DNA of 63,873 bases, counting the filler, from Octopus bimaculoides (Eukaryota): assembly GCF_001194135.2 (NCBI RefSeq). It is 6 parts of 6 records of this genome, joined end to end, with 100 filler letters (N's around TTAATTAATTAA, not from the genome) between each part and the next. Parts side by side here need not be neighbours in the genome. Positions count along the whole stretch, not along the records: positions 26,040 to 48,575 come from NC_068989.1; positions 48,676 to 56,737 come from NC_068986.1; 4 more parts are not named here. The stretch is one strand, 5' to 3'. The notes beneath the pieces were generated by a model that made no database searches, had not been told where the DNA came from, and worked only from the letters and a program-made list of their open reading frames with translations. Position 1 is the stretch's first letter; each line of letters starts with the position of its first letter. Below, piece by piece: positions 37,330-51,195 of this stretch. The translations under genes and the position numbers were made by a program.

Positions 37330-39140
37330 CATTGGTTTTGCACTTGTAAAGCGCTTATCTGTATAGGGTGCATGTAGTTTCTTTGGATGTGCGTAGATGT
37401 GTAGTTATGTGAGTAGACATGTGGGGTAGCATGGAAGGATGGTGTGTAGTTGTAATTATATGTGAGAGGAAGGCATGGAGGGGAGGAGGATGTGGGAGGT
37501 GTTAGTGTGAGGTGGAAAAGGAAGAGAAATTTGATGTTTATGTAAAACACTGATGAAAAAATAGTATAGCGAAAAGACTGGTGAAAATTCTGGCGGTTGT
37601 ATAACAGGTATAGTGTCAAGAGAAAGTAATAAAAATGAGTAAAATAACTGATAAGAGAAGACCATCAAAGTGTGCACAAATAGAAAAACAGAGGAAACAG
37701 AATGGGAACCAATGTGTGGTTAAATACTGGAGAAAATGCAATTTAGTTGTGTAAGAAACAACAGTAAAAGAGAAATAAGAATAAAATAATAAAAATTAAA
37801 AAAAAGCACAAGTGAAGAGTCAGTGAGGGTTGCAACAAACTGCAAATTGATCTTTGCATGTCGATGGTGAGAGCAAAGTATTATTTTAAAAGGATTATTG
37901 AAAAATAGTATGTTTCACTGTAAGTGAGAATAAAATCCAGTAGTAAATTGCAGAGGGAAAATAGACAACAGAGAAATAGAGCTGAAATGAAGCAACATGG
38001 TGGAGGTGGAAGTAGTGTACTGATGTGGGAAATTGACGCATGATGGCAGGAATATATGGTAGTGATGCTAGGCAAGATAAGGGAGAGATAGAAAAGTGAG
38101 TGCATATATGTATAACAGTACATTTGTGCATGTATGTATATTACTATGTATGTGTGCATGTGTGTAAGTGAGCTAAGGGTCAGTGGCATACGCTAACTGC
38201 TACATTAGGCAACAGTCAAACTAGACAAGAACAGTTGTCTAACAATGTGAGAGTAGTAGGTGGGAGGTATGTAAGTGAGGAAGAGAAGTCAAGGTAGGAG
38301 TGGTGGTTTTGTAGAAGATGAGTAGAGAAGGAGAGGAGAAGGTGATGTTGAGAAAACAAAGGGAGGTTTTGGAGATGGAGAATGTTAACTGGAAAGAGGG
38401 GCAAAAAGAATGAACAAACAAGAAAATATTTAGCTCTTTGCAGAAGAGAGAGTTGGTGCTGAAACAGTCATCAATGTAATGACTGTATAGCTCTGAAGTA
38501 GGACCAGTGAACTAGAAGAAAATTTGGGACTTGTCATAACCAACATACAAGTTGCCATGACTGGGTCTCATCCTTGTTCCCATGGTCACTCCAGTAACTG
38601 CTCATACATTTCACATGTGAAGGAGAAGCAGTTGAATGTGATAATCAGTTCAGCTCAACAGAGGAGTAGAGGTGCTGAGATAGAGAGTGGTGCGTAGGTT
38701 GAGGAAATGCTTAAGAACTTGGAAGCTTTTGCTATGAGGGATAATAGTGTAAAGACAGGTGATATCCATGATGAAAATGAGGCAGGAGGAGCTAGGGAAG
38801 AAGGAGTTAATAAGACAGAGGGTGTGGTTGGTGTCATGAATGTGTTGAGGTAGGCAGAGATGAGTTTTGTGGTGCAGTTACAGGCAGAGATAATGGTATG
38901 GCCAGAATTTTTAGTTTTGTAAATTTTGGTAAGAAATAGTAGGGATTATGGAGGATACAGATGAGTTGGCAGAAGGTGGAGGAAGCAAGAAGTTGGTATG
39001 AAGTAGTGAAGGCTGATAGGATTTTGAGCATCATAGGGGAGATGATAAAGGACTGAGATGATTGGAAATATGCTGGCCTTGAGAAGACCCATCCACCATG
39101 GTGAAACTGAGAGTCTAGAAGCATAATGTATATGCTCACA
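37330..39140 (-). mobile_element. Ancient degenerate Penelope-like element (RT remnants)
   Basis: Fragments IFIMDITCLYTIIPH, GVTMGTRMRPSHGNLYVGY (~38540-38595), YIDDCF (~38462-38480), FQLTFSISKTSLCFLNI, YKTT/HSYLDFSSS; many frameshifts. Confidence 0.7.
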
Positions 39141-41002
39141 ACTGGGCTTCTTGCTCAGTTTGTCCCTGTCAAGCTTTCTCTACCCCTCATTCCCCAAAAG
39201 TCTTCCCTTCATCACTCTCCTAACTGTTGCACATTAGTTTTCTACTGTAATTAAATGATGGCAAAATGATTTATTGCATCCCTTTCTGTGCTCCTAATTA
39301 CCTATCCCTATGTCTGAAACTACTTCCACTTGATGATGTCAATCCTCATTCTTGACATCATCTCTCCCAACTCATATTTTTCATTAATACCTCTTTCTGT
39401 CTCTTGAACCCTCTTAATTGGAATTACGAAGTGTATTCTGCTGTAGAAACTTTGCTGCAGCAGACATTGAAGCACAATGAAGTTCTCATACTTATCAAAT
39501 CATGTTGAACCTTTCAACCCATGCTAGTATGGAAGACAGACTTTGATGGTAATGATGTTTACAAACACTAATCTAAACAGTAAAAGACAACAAGTTTTTC
39601 TAAGGGACTCTTAGTATCTGCTGTGTCACAGGTTGGTATAAACTAACAGGATTACCTAATTACATATCATATGATAGTTACATAATTTCATAGTAACTTA
39701 ACCACCATCTGTCATGGGACATATTATGGAAGATGGAGCCCACCACATTTTGATTTCTCTGGAGGACAGCGTTTGATATGTTTCCAATTAGTGGTGTTAC
39801 TCCAGTTATGGGCTAGAGTGACACCACTAACTGCCATCAGTGTAAATGCTATGCACTTGTTCAAGGTACAGTTGTCATGACCAAATCCTCCCCAAATTTT
39901 TTTAGATCTTAAGTTGTTTTGAATTCTGCCTATTCTACTCAAGTTGTGACATTGAACTTCTTTTAAAGCAACCATAAAAATTAGCAGTACATCATTGCAG
40001 CATATTCTGGCAGCATGCAAGTTATCACAGAATGTTCCTGACAGCATAGCTAAGTCTTGTATATTCTTGTTAGGACATTAAAACAGCAATGCATTGTCTT
40101 CATTGCGGTGGAGAATGAATACCAAGGTGAATTGTATGGTTTTCTACAAGGAAAGCTAAAAAGGACACTATTGAAGCATAAACAAACAATAGTCTAACAT
40201 ATAGCCTTATGAATGCCTCTAATAACTGGAAGATGCAGGTTGATTTGAAGAAATCTCTTATTTTCCCAAATCATTGTGAAAAAAAAAAATACAACTTTAT
40301 GGCATAGACCAACTTTGTAAAGAAAGTCCTGATTACTGAGTTGACTGTGTCATAGGAAGAAATTGCATGAAATGAAGTGTCTAAAATATATGGGATTTAG
40401 GGTATTGTGTGAGGTTTGAAAATGGTAAGCTACAGACAGGAAGTTACAAGTTCATAGCTAGATTCACAATATTCTGCTTGGTTGGCATTGGACATAGAAA
40501 GAATAGCAGTAATTAGCAAACACAGAGAGAAGAATACCATGAAGTGGCAGGAGCATATGAAAAAAAAAAAAAAGACCATAGTTCAGAGGAATGAACAAGT
40601 CAAAAGTGAGAAGTATAACCAAAAAATTGTTGCAGCTGATTGATTGGGTATTAGAAAAGAAGAAAAGTATACCATGATGTGAACCAAAAGTAACTAAACA
40701 TCCCTTAATTGTATCAACAATGTTCAAGATATGTGAGCGATACAGTCAGGTTTTGAAATTGTTATAATATCCAATGATCTTCACCTACTTTTACTATTGA
40801 TCCTTATCTATGGCAAAGTGAACAGTTTTGCTACATCTAATATGGTGTGTGGTTAGATTTTCTTAGAAAAGTGGAGCTAGCTGGTGGTCATGTCTTTCTC
40901 TGACTTGAAAGAAAAAAAAATTCTGTTAACTCTATATTTGTGAGTCAGAAATGAATGCTACTGATTGTTTATGAATTCTGCAAAATGCAAGCTCTCTTTT
41001 CA

Positions 41003-44000
41003 GGTACATGACGCGGCTGTTCCCCGCCCCAGGGTCTCAAGGGCCCATACCTCCCACACCCTAAGGGTTGACACTCTCAACATCGGCACACTGAAAGGTA
41101 GGTCTGGTTAGACTGTTGAGATGCTTGAACGGAGATGTGTCGTTATTTGCTACCTCCAAGAAGTAAGGTGGAGAGGAGGTTCTGCTAGGTTCCTCACAGG
41201 CAAAGAAAACAGGTACAAGATTTTCTGGGCAGGGAACGCAGACGGGGTCTGGGGCGTGGGTATACTGCTTGCAGAGAAATGGGTGGATAAGGTAATTGAG
41301 GTAGCCAGAGTATGCGATAGAATACTTAAGATTAGATTAGTCCTTCACCATGGGTTAGCAACCATTATCTCGGCCTATGCCCCTCAGCCCGGGCTAACCG
41401 ATGGACAGAAAGATTGATTTTATGATGCCCTCTTGCAGACTACCTCGTCGACGAATGACAGGGACCTTCTCTTTGTGGCTGGTGACTTCAATGGTCATGT
41501 TGGACAACATTCAGGGGGCTTCCATGGCATACATGGAGGCTATGGTTTTGTTTCCTGCAATGAGGAGAGAACCAGGCTGCTGGAGTTCTGTGATGCAAAT
41601 NNNNNNNNNNNNNNNNNNNNNNNNNNNNNNNNNNNNNNNNNNNNNNNNNNNNNNNNNNNNNNNNNNNNNNNNNNNNNNNNNNNNNNNNNNNNNNNNNNNN
41701 NNNNNNNNNNNNNNNNNNNNNNNNNNNNNNNNNNNNNNNNNNNNNNNNNNNNNNNNNNNNNNNNNNNNNNNNNNNNNNNNNNNNNNNNNNNNNNNNNNNN
41801 NNNNNNNNNNNNNNNNNNNNNNNNNNNNNNNNNNNNNNNNNNNNNNNNNNNNNNNNNNNNNNNNNNNNNNNNNNNNNNNNNNNNNNNNNNNNNNNNNNNN
41901 NNNNNNNNNNNNNNNNNNNNNNNNNNNNNNNNNNNNNNNNNNNNNNNNNNNNNNNNNNNNNNNNNNNNNNNNNNNNNNNNNNNNNNNNNNNNNNNNNNNN
42001 NNNNNNNNNNNNNNNNNNNNNNNNNNNNNNNNNNNNNGATATAGCTTCACATGATGTAGAAGACAACTGGAGGTTTCTAAGGGACAACCTGCTGAGGGCC
42101 ACTGACCAGATCTGTGGATGGTGCAATGTCCCCTCTCGACCCAAAATAACGTGGTGGTGGAACAATGTTGTTGACAGGGCTATTAGACAAAAGAAACAGG
42201 CTTGGAAGGACTGGAAGAACTGTGGTAGCAGGAAATTGTATCAGACTGCCAGAAGGGAAGCTAAGCGACAGGTTTATTTAGCCAGATGGGAAGCAGATAA
42301 GAAAAAAATTGCCAATGTTCTGCGGCGTGAGGACCAAAGACTTGAGGTATTTCATGTTGCAAGACAGTGTGTGAGATAGAATCGTGATGTCGTGGGAGAG
42401 AAATGTATTCGCATGGATGATGGTACGCTTGCACTAAATGAGGTTGCAAAGAAAGAGGTTTGGAGACGCCACTACAAAAGGTTGCTTAATAAGGAGAATG
42501 AATGGGAGGAAGAGAATGTGCCGAATGTCGACCCAACAGAGGCACCAGCTATCCTAATTGACAGTACCATGGTAGATAAAGCTATTAAGAGTATGAAGAC
42601 AGGGAAATCCCTGGTCTATCAGGAATCACTGCAGAGATGCTCAAAATATCTGGCAGTGTCGGCTATAGCCTAGTCACCTGTATTGTTAACCAGGTGATAC
42701 AGGAAGGAGTTATACCCAATTACTGGTGTAGCAGCACCATAGTCAACTGCAACAAAGGTAAAGGTGACGCTTTAGATACAAATAATTACAGAGGTATCAA
42801 GTTGTTGAATCAGGTAATGAAAGTCCCGGAGAGGGTCAAAGCCCAATTAATTACGGAGAGTGTTAGTTTAGATGAGATGCAGTTTGGGTTTGTACCAGGG
42901 AAAATCACCACTGATGCTATATTTCTGGAAAGACAGCTGCAGGAGAAATACCTAGCCAAATAGAAACCTCTGTACTTGGCTTTCGTTGACATGGAGAAAG
43001 CCTTTGACAGGGTCCTCCATCCCTTACCTGATGGTCAATTAGGAAACTTGGGATAGAAGAATGGTTAGTGAGAGCTGTGAGAGCTGTGCGAGCCATGTAC
43101 AGAGATGCTGTCAGTAAGGTGAGGGTTGGAAATGAGTACAGTAATGAATTTCGGGTAGAGGTAGGAGTCCACTAAGGTTCAGTCCTCAGCCCCCTCCTGT
43201 TTATTATAGTCCTCTAGGCGATAACAGAGGAATTCAAGACAGGATGCCCCTGGGAGCTCCTCTATGCTGATGACCGTGCACTAATTGCTGAGTCACTATC
43301 AGAACTAGAGGAGAAGTTTCAGGTGTGGAAGTAAGGACTAGAATCGAAGGGCCTTAGAGTCAACCTAGCTAAAATGAAAGTCCTAATAAGTACGAAGGTA
43401 GACAAAACCCAGCCCCTTCAGGTAGATGGCCCTGCTCGATCTATAGAAAAGGTGTAGGTAGAAACCCTATAAGATGTACCCAGTGCAAGCTATGGACACA
43501 TAAGAGGTGCAGCAATATCAAAGGAAGGTTAACTAGGAATTTAGTTTTTGAATGTGGCAGATGTTCAGGAGCAATAAACACTGAAAATGTGCAGAAAACA
43601 ACTTTGGCCATATTCCAAGGAGAAAAACTAGACTTAGTTGATAGCTTCCGCTATCTAGGTGACCAAGTTAGTAGTGGGGGAGGGTGTGCTGAAAGTGTAG
43701 CTGCTAGTATAAGANNNNNNNNNNNNNNNNNNNNNNNNNNNNNNNNNNNNNNNNNNNNNNNNNNNNNNNNNNNNNNNNNNNNNNNNNNNNNNNNNNNNNN
43801 NNNNNNNNNNNNNNNNNNNNNNNNNNNNNNNNNNNNNNNNNNNNNNNNNNNNNNNNNNNNNNNNNNNNNNNNNNNNNNNNNNNNNNNNNNNNNNNNNNNN
43901 NNNNNNNNNNNNNNNNNNNNNNNNNNNNNNNNNNNNNNNNNNNNNNNNNNNNNNNNNNNNNNNNNNNNNNNNNNNNNNNNNNNNNNNNNNNNNNNNNNNN

Positions 44001-44747
44001 NNNNNNNNNNNNNNNNNNNNNNNNNNNNNNNNNNNNNNNNNNNNNNNNNNNNNNNNNNNNNNNNNNNNNNNNNNNNNNNNNNNNNNNNNNNNNNNNNNNN
44101 NNNNNNNNNNNNNNNNNNNNNNNNNNNNNNNNNNNNNNNNNNNNNNNNNNNNNNNNNNNNNNNNNNNNNNNNNNNNNNNNNNNNNNNNNNNNNNNNNNNN
44201 NNNNNNNNNNNNNNNNNNNNNNNNNNNNNNNNNNNNNNNNNNNNNNNNNNNNNNNNNNNNNNNNNNNNNNNNNNNNNNNNNNNNNNNNNNNNNNNNNNNN
44301 NNNNNNNNNNNNNNNNNNNNNNNNNNNNNNNNNNNNNNNNNNNNNNNNNNNNNNNNNNNNNNNNNNNNNNNNNNNNNNNNNNNNNNNNNNNNNNNNNNNN
44401 NNNNNNNNNNNNNNNNNNNNNNNNNNNNNNNNNNNNNNNNNNNNNNNNNNNNNNNNNNNNNNNNNNNNNNNNNNNNNNNNNNNNNNNNNNNNNNNNNNNN
44501 NNNNNCTGTGCAGGTGGCACGTAAAATACACCATTTTGAGCATGGCCGTTGCCAGTACCGCCTGACTGGCCTTCATGCCAGTGGCACATAAAAGCACCCA
44601 CTACACTCTCAGAGTGGTTAGTGTTAGGAAGGGCATCCAGCTGTAGAAACTCTGCCAAATCAGACTGGAGCCTGGTGTAGCCATCTGGTTCACCAGTCCT
44701 CAGTCAAATGGTCCAACCCATGCTAGCATGGAAAGCAGACGTTAAAC

Positions 44748-44776
<29 letters not shown>
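41003..44776 (+). mobile_element. RTE-clade LINE, near full length, inactivated, with two gaps
   Basis: APE motifs TLNIGTL, LQEVRW, GVGILL, SAYAPQ, VAGDFNGHVG; RT motifs NYRGIKLL, QFGFVPG, LAFVDMEKAFDRV, GSVLSPLLF, LLYADD; Cys-rich insert; 3' UTR with (GAT)n tail; in-frame stops. Confidence 0.92.
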
Positions 44777-44778
<2 letters not shown>

Positions 44779-45648
44779 AGGTCATCCCATAAGAAATGCG
44801 ATTTTTTCAATTGCTTGAACTAAAAGTCAGAGGGGAAAGGGATAAACTACCTGCATCAACTTGCTATACAAACAAGTAGTAATTTTACCTTGTGCTTATT
44901 CTTACAAGTATTGAAGAGTGCAGTTTTAACAGTTATTTTTTCGAAGCTATAATGGAAGTGGCAAAGAAGTATGTTCAGCATATTTTACTTTATGAGTTCA
45001 ATAAACATAACAATGCAACAGAAAGTGCAAAGAATATTAATGCAGTATATGGGGATTGGACAATAAGTGTAAGCCAGTGTCAACAGCGATTCCATAAATT
45101 CCAAGCCTCATCCTAGAACATGTGTAGAGCTCGATAAGGATATCCTGCAAACCCTGGTGGAACAAAATCCCATCATAATTGTTGAGGAACTAGCAGAGAA
45201 TCTTGGATTCAGTCATTCAACCATTCATCGACATCTGCACTAGAAGAAAAATGACCATCTTTGGTTTCAAGACTAAAGGTGTTCTTCCAACAGCATAATG
45301 CTTGGCCACATACAGTGAGGATGACATTCCAAAGCCTGGAGCAGTTTGAATGGGAAATGATGTCCCACCCACCATATTTGCTGGACATTGCTCCATCTGA
45401 TTATCATCTATGTTGCAGCCTTAAAAAGCATTTGGACGGAAAGCATATGAATCCTGTAGACGAGGTCAGAACAGTACTGGAGGAGTATTTTTTGTGAATT
45501 TTGGAAGAGTGGCCTTGCAAGTCTACTAGATAGATGGAAGAGTATTGTAGAAAATGAAGGAGAGTATATTTTAGATTAAAAAAGAACTTTATCCTAATTT
45601 TGAAAAATAAAAGTATAAAAAAACCGCATTATTTATGGGATGACCCAA
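44777..45648 (+). mobile_element. Internally deleted mariner element (transposase pseudogene)
   Basis: TIRs ttaggtcatcccataa / ttatgggatgacccaa; ILLYEF..NATE.AKNINAVYG, QHNAWPH and HPPYLLDIAPSDYHL motifs of the DD34D family. Confidence 0.9.
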
Positions 45649-45965
45649 GAGTTAACAGAAATATTAGCAGAGGTTTATATTGAGCATCGTTTTATCCATA
45701 TATTTATTTTTACGCTTTTCACTTAAGAGTTCATTTTGAAGAAATAATGTTGTTAATTTAGGTACATGGCCAAGTTACGAGGGGTGAGAGTTAATCGATG
45801 TCATTTACTCTCAGTACTTGACCTGTACTTTATTTTATCCACTCCAAAGGAATGAAAAGCACAGTTGGCTTCCGGGACAAATACTGCAAGGCATTTTTGT
45901 AACATTCTAACGATTTTGTCAACTCACCGTCTTATTTTCTCAGAAAAAACAAATTCTTGTGTTAC

Positions 45966-46025
45966 CCAAATTACATCGAATATAAGTTCCCATAAAGTTA
46001 ACATCAAGTCTAGCTTGATAGTCTG
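45966..46025 (-). CDS. Candidate 5' exon of the unidentified gene
   Basis: 60 nt; acceptor ttttatattttttttag, donor GG|gtaaca; open in two frames (QTIKLDLMLTLWELIFDVIW, or DYQARLDVNFMGTYIRCNL, which is phase-compatible with 29822-29888). Confidence 0.3.
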
Positions 46026-46149
46026 CTAAAAAAAATATAAAATAACAATTTTACTAAAATACCACAAACGGAATGTAATAAATGCTTGGAAGGTGAAAGC
46101 TGTGAAACAGTAGACAACGGATTGAAAAATGAAAAAAAATTGTATTTTC

Positions 46150-46300
46150 CTACGAATTTTATCACATCTCTTCTGCAACGTGTTTACATGGTCGAATATC
46201 GTCAGTAAGGCTTCCAACGATTGGTTGAAAAAACACTTCCCGTGATGCATTTAAGGACCTGAGCAATTCGAAATATCACAGTCGAGCTTTCATAGGTAGT
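46150..46300 (-). promoter_or_regulatory. Possible promoter-like segment
   Basis: CCAAT box (aaccaatc) and tcacgggaagt at the edge of the CpG-retaining zone; motifs only. Confidence 0.25.
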
Positions 46301-47374
46301 GGGTGTTTATTACTCTTCTAAGTAATTTCTACAGTATTAACTCATGCAATACCTCCATTCTGAAATATAAATACAAAAATATATTGAAAGAGGAAATACA
46401 ATACATTCTTTAAGAAGCATAGATATTAAATGCTACCCAAAGGACAGGAAATTCTTACAAGCCTTTTGACACGTTTAAGTAAATCAGGCCGGCTCCGTCA
46501 TTTTTTCTTAAGAGGTGCATTGATCGGGACACATTATACCATATCCAAACAATTGATCATTTAATAACAATCCTTTTCATCTCCATTGGAAATTAGAATT
46601 ACGTTGCAGGTATCTATTTTTTACATATATTCTTATTTGTTTTCTATTAGTAACTAGTAACTTTTTTGGGGTAGGCTCTTCAAACTCTTGTACTCCATCC
46701 AGTAACTACATCTGTTAATATTAAAGAAATGTTATTGTTAAGGTATAATTTCTTAATTCCAAGCTGATAAAATTCGCGGAATATTTTCACACACACACAC
46801 ACACAAGTGTTTTCGTCTGAACGATTGTTGTACATTTAATCAAATCAGCTGGGTGTTTTATTTCGTTTTCACTATGCTACTGTTACAGAACAGTCATAGA
46901 ACATATGTAATACTTAACTATCTCTAACTACAGACTACAGTCTCTTCGACTATATAGAATTTTTGATTAAAATTTATCACACTTGAACGTTTTAATATCG
47001 ATCGGTTACGAAATGATAATTTCTTAATGGAAATCGGACCTTTTTTTCATACTTCCGTTTTTCAATTAGTATTACTTTATAAGAATTAATGATACATTTC
47101 GCATAGAATTTAAGTCTGTAAGTACATACACAATATATGAAAGGGTAAAGCACTTTAATTTTCATCGTGAAGTCCTAAAAGTAAATAGCAATATCATTAG
47201 TTTATATAGATTGTAGTGGTTTGTGACATCTTGGTCAGAATAACATAACCTTTTTTCGCTGTTTACATACAGTGGGACTAAATCTCTCTCTCTCTCATGA
47301 GCGTCATACTAATACATCCTTTTGTTATTTACACCACCTGTCCTCGTCTGTTGTTGTTTTTTCGTATATCCCCC

Positions 47375-47405
<31 letters not shown>

Positions 47406-47673
47406 ATCTTCAGCAATGACAAAAGGTTGAGGCGGTTTGAGTTATTCTGATTTAACTGCCTTCTACCATGTGATTTTTTTCTTTATTTATGAATACTGTG
47501 GGTTTCCTGTTTAGTTGTCAAACTAAACAGTGTATTGTTTTTAGTTTATATTTGTACTTCGACAAGAATCCGCTTTCTTGCAAAAATGTAAACAAATCTT
47601 GAATTTTTGGGTCATATACAGTGTGTAATGGTATGATTATCGGATATATCATTATCAAACAGTTTGTCATTAC

Positions 47674-47703
47674 CTTGAGTTCTGAAAATGTCCGAGTTGT
47701 CAT
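47674..47703 (-). CDS. Possible first coding exon (MTTRTFSELK)
   Basis: ATG at 47703, donor AAG|gtaatg; an alternative frame from an acceptor near 47755 is also open. Confidence 0.25.
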
Positions 47704-48189
47704 GTATTAATACAAATACCGGATGTGAGAGTAAACTTGCGTACATACAGAACGTCTGTTAAGTTTTCAAATAGTTATTAGAGTGGTGGAGTGGCGAAAA
47801 TGATAGAATATCGAATTAAGTAGCTTTAAGTATTTAATTTCGACCTTTTATCTTCTGGATTCAAATTTTGGGTGGATGTTTTTTTTTTTTTTTTACCTTC
47901 GATAAAATACCGATTGTTTACTGGTGTCAATTTGATCGACTGTATCTATCCTATAAATATTTGTTGATTTGTGCTAATGTAAAATCCTTATATAAAACTA
48001 ACATAAAACTGTATGTTTTACAAAATTCTGCCCTATGTTTAGTTCAAATTACGCTGGCGTTGGCTTTGTCTTTCATTCTTCGGGGTCGGTGAAAACTACT
48101 GCTCTCTCGTAATCGCATATAATCGTCTTCCTTCCAATATTTATTTTCACATACACACGCCGCAACATAAGGCGAAATATTCATTCCAA

Positions 48190-48380
48190 TGGCCAGCAAT
48201 TTCGGAGGAGGAGTGAGTCAATTACATGGTCCCTAGTGTTCAACTGGTACTTATTTTATCGATTCCGAAAGGATGAAAGGCAAAGTCGACCTAGCGGAAT
48301 TTTGAACTCGGAACGTTAAAGAGGGACGAAATGCCGCTAAGCATTTGTCCAGCGTGCTGTTTCTGCCATTTCTTCGCCTT
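48190..48380 (-). mobile_element. SINE family B
   Basis: Family-B sequence in reverse complement, CpGs largely retained. Further copies at about 45760-45930, 53752-53960 and 57560-57760. Confidence 0.8.
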
Positions 48381-48675
48381 TCAACAGAACGAAATATTGA
48401 GAGGAAAAGGGGATAGCATAGGGAAATAAATGAAACTGATAGTCGTTGAGACTAAAAAAAAACCCCAAAAAACATAGTCTTGGATTTATAAAAAATCTTT
48501 ATAACTTCACAGCATTATCTATGTCTTGAATTAATTAGTTTTAATAGTTCAAATCACTGATAGATGTTCGTTAAANNNNNNNNNNNNNNNNNNNNNNNNN
48601 NNNNNNNNNNNNNNNNNNNTTAATTAATTAANNNNNNNNNNNNNNNNNNNNNNNNNNNNNNNNNNNNNNNNNNNN

Positions 48676-48707
<32 letters not shown>

Positions 48708-49274
48708 TTATTATAAAATCGACATAATACAATAAGCACATTTTACTATTTACTCAGACATTTGAAAAACTTCATATTATGCCCGATTAGCAACAGAAAA
48801 CACTTCCAGCCGGAACGTTTATCTATCTAATGTTTATTATTGATGGCAGAACAAATAGAGTCAAACCCAGTCTTTTGGCTTGGGGATACACTATATCTTC
48901 ACGCTGATTTTTATGGCACTACTACAGTAGCCTCTACACTAATCTAATGCTATTTATTCGTGAAAGAATAGTGTTTCAAACCCTGCCTTTGACCCAGAGA
49001 TACATTTTATCTTCACGCTGCCTTTTCTGCCTCTACAATTGTGGCCTCTACTGGGGCTTTTGCTTTCTCCATTCAAGTCCGTGTGATTATGTAGTTCATT
49101 CATCTCTCATCTTTTCTTAACCCAATTTTTGTTTGTTTGTTTGTTTCTACTGTCAATTCCTGCACTAATTATTACTGCGACATTCTTTCCTACTCATGTT
49201 TGTTTATACATTTTTTCCGCAACCTTTACCAACATGTTGTAATTATTCAAGGACATCAACCACATGTCATAGAG

Positions 49275-49548
49275 CAGGGGCTTTCAAACTTTTTGACTTG
49301 CAGACCCCTTTATATTTCAGGCTTTACCTTAGGGACCCCCTTATAAACGCTTATGAAATTTATACATAAATATTTGCTTAAAATAACATATATTTTTACA
49401 TTTATTTATTTAACTGTATTTAACAAATAGGTTTATTGCCAATTAAAAGATTTCGATTAAAAAACATATATAAAATCAAATTGCCCATTAAAAGTATTTG
49501 CTGTCCACGGACCCCCTGTGGTCCGCGGACCACAGTTTGAAAACCCCT
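49275..49548. mobile_element. hAT MITE
   Basis: TIRs caggggctttcaaact / agtttgaaaacccct; left flank tcatagag, right flank tagag (a few bases lost). Confidence 0.75.
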
Positions 49549-49677
49549 TAGAGAACCTTTGTTTAGATCTAAAAATATTTTAGCGTAAATGGAAGCCAAT
49601 CTCTAGATTGCTTATATTTTTACGTAGATTGATTTTACCTCGTATGCATACCACATACCTCCACACACTACACACAC

Positions 49678-49713
<36 letters not shown>

Positions 49714-49967
49714 CATACATGAGTGCGCGTGTGAGCAAAAACACCTATGTACATATATGTGCGTATGTGGACGATGGACAAGTGGTTCAACTGTTGCATT
49801 CGCGCCCGTGAGATCGTGGTTTCAATTCCTGAACCGAGTGGTGTATTTTGTTCATGAGTAAAACACTTCAACTCACGTTGCTCTGCGTTCATTTCGACAC
49901 GTGACGTGTGGTACACTATGTGCCTGTTCAGGCAGCGTCTATTTGATAGAGAAAATAGAGTGGCTGT

Positions 49968-50112
49968 GTGGTAAGTAGCTTGCTTACCAACCACATGGTT
50001 CCGGGTTCATTCCCATTGCGTGGCACCTTGGACAAGTGTCTTCTACTATAGCCTCGGGTCGACCAAGCCTTGTGAGTGGATTTGGTAGACGGAAACTGAA
50101 AGAAGCCCATCG

Positions 50113-50160
<48 letters not shown>

Positions 50161-50260
50161 TGTGTTTGTCCCCCTAGCATTGCTTGACAACCGATGCTGG
50201 TGTGTTTATGTTCTCGTAACTTAGCGGTTCGGCAAAAAGAGACCGATAGAATAAGTACTA
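49968..50260 (+). mobile_element. SINE family A, CpG-retaining copy
   Basis: Head, CORE-like block, internal (TA)/(GT) repeat, tail running into a gap. Confidence 0.85.
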
Positions 50261-51123
50261 GNNNNNNNNNNNNNNNNNNNNNNNNNNNNNNNNNNNNNNN
50301 NNNNNNNNNNNNNNNNNNNNNNNNNNNNNNNNNNNNNNNNNNNNNNNNNNNNNNNNNNNNNNNNNNNNNNNNNNNNNNNNNNNNNNNNNNNNNNNNNNNN
50401 NNNNNNNNNNNNNNNNNNNNNNNNNNNNNNNNNNNNNNNNNNNNNNNNNNNNNNNNNNNNNNNNNNNNNNNNNNNNNNNNNNNNNNNNNNNNNNNNNNNN
50501 NNNNNNNNNNNNNNNNNNNNNNNNNNNNNNNNNNNNNNNNNNNNNNNNNNNNNNNNNNNNNNNNNNNNNNNNNNNNNNNNNNNNNNNNNNNNNNNNNNNN
50601 NNNNNNNNNNNNNNNNNNNNNNNNNNNNNNNNNNNNNNNNNNNNNNNNNNNNNNNNNNNNNNNNNNNNNNNNNNNNNNNNNNNNNNNNNNNNNNNNNNNN
50701 NNNNNNNNNNNNNNNNNNNNNNNNNNNNNNNNNNNNNNNNNNNNNNNNNNNNNNNNNNNNNNNNNNNNNNNNNNNNNNNNNNNNNNNNNNNNNNNNNNNN
50801 NNNNNNNNNNNNNNNNNNNNNNNNNNNNNNNNNNNNNNNNNNNNNNNNNNNNNNNNNNNNNNNNNNNNNNNNNNNNNNNNNNNNNNNNNNNNNNNNNNNN
50901 NNNNNNNNNNNNNNNNNNNNNNNNNNNNNNNNNNNNNNNNNNNNNNNNNNNNNNNNNNNNNNNNNNNNNNNNNNNNNNNNNNNNNNNNNNNNNNNNNNNN
51001 NNNNNNNNNNNNNNNNNNNNNNNNNNNNNNNNNNNNNNNNNNNNNNNNNNNNNNNNNNNNNNNNNNNNNNNNNNNNNNNNNNNNNNNNNNNNNNNNNNNN
51101 NNNNNNNNNNNNNNNNNNNNNNN

Positions 51124-51195
<72 letters not shown>

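Noticed and set aside
39724-40047. 107-aa minus-strand ORF
   Set aside because: No recognisable motif or convincing splice context. A plus-strand exon-like 53-mer near 40064-40116 is equally unsupported.
48885-49055. Two ~55-bp direct repeats about 114 bp apart
   Set aside because: Real but short and degenerate; no further structure to support a specific element.
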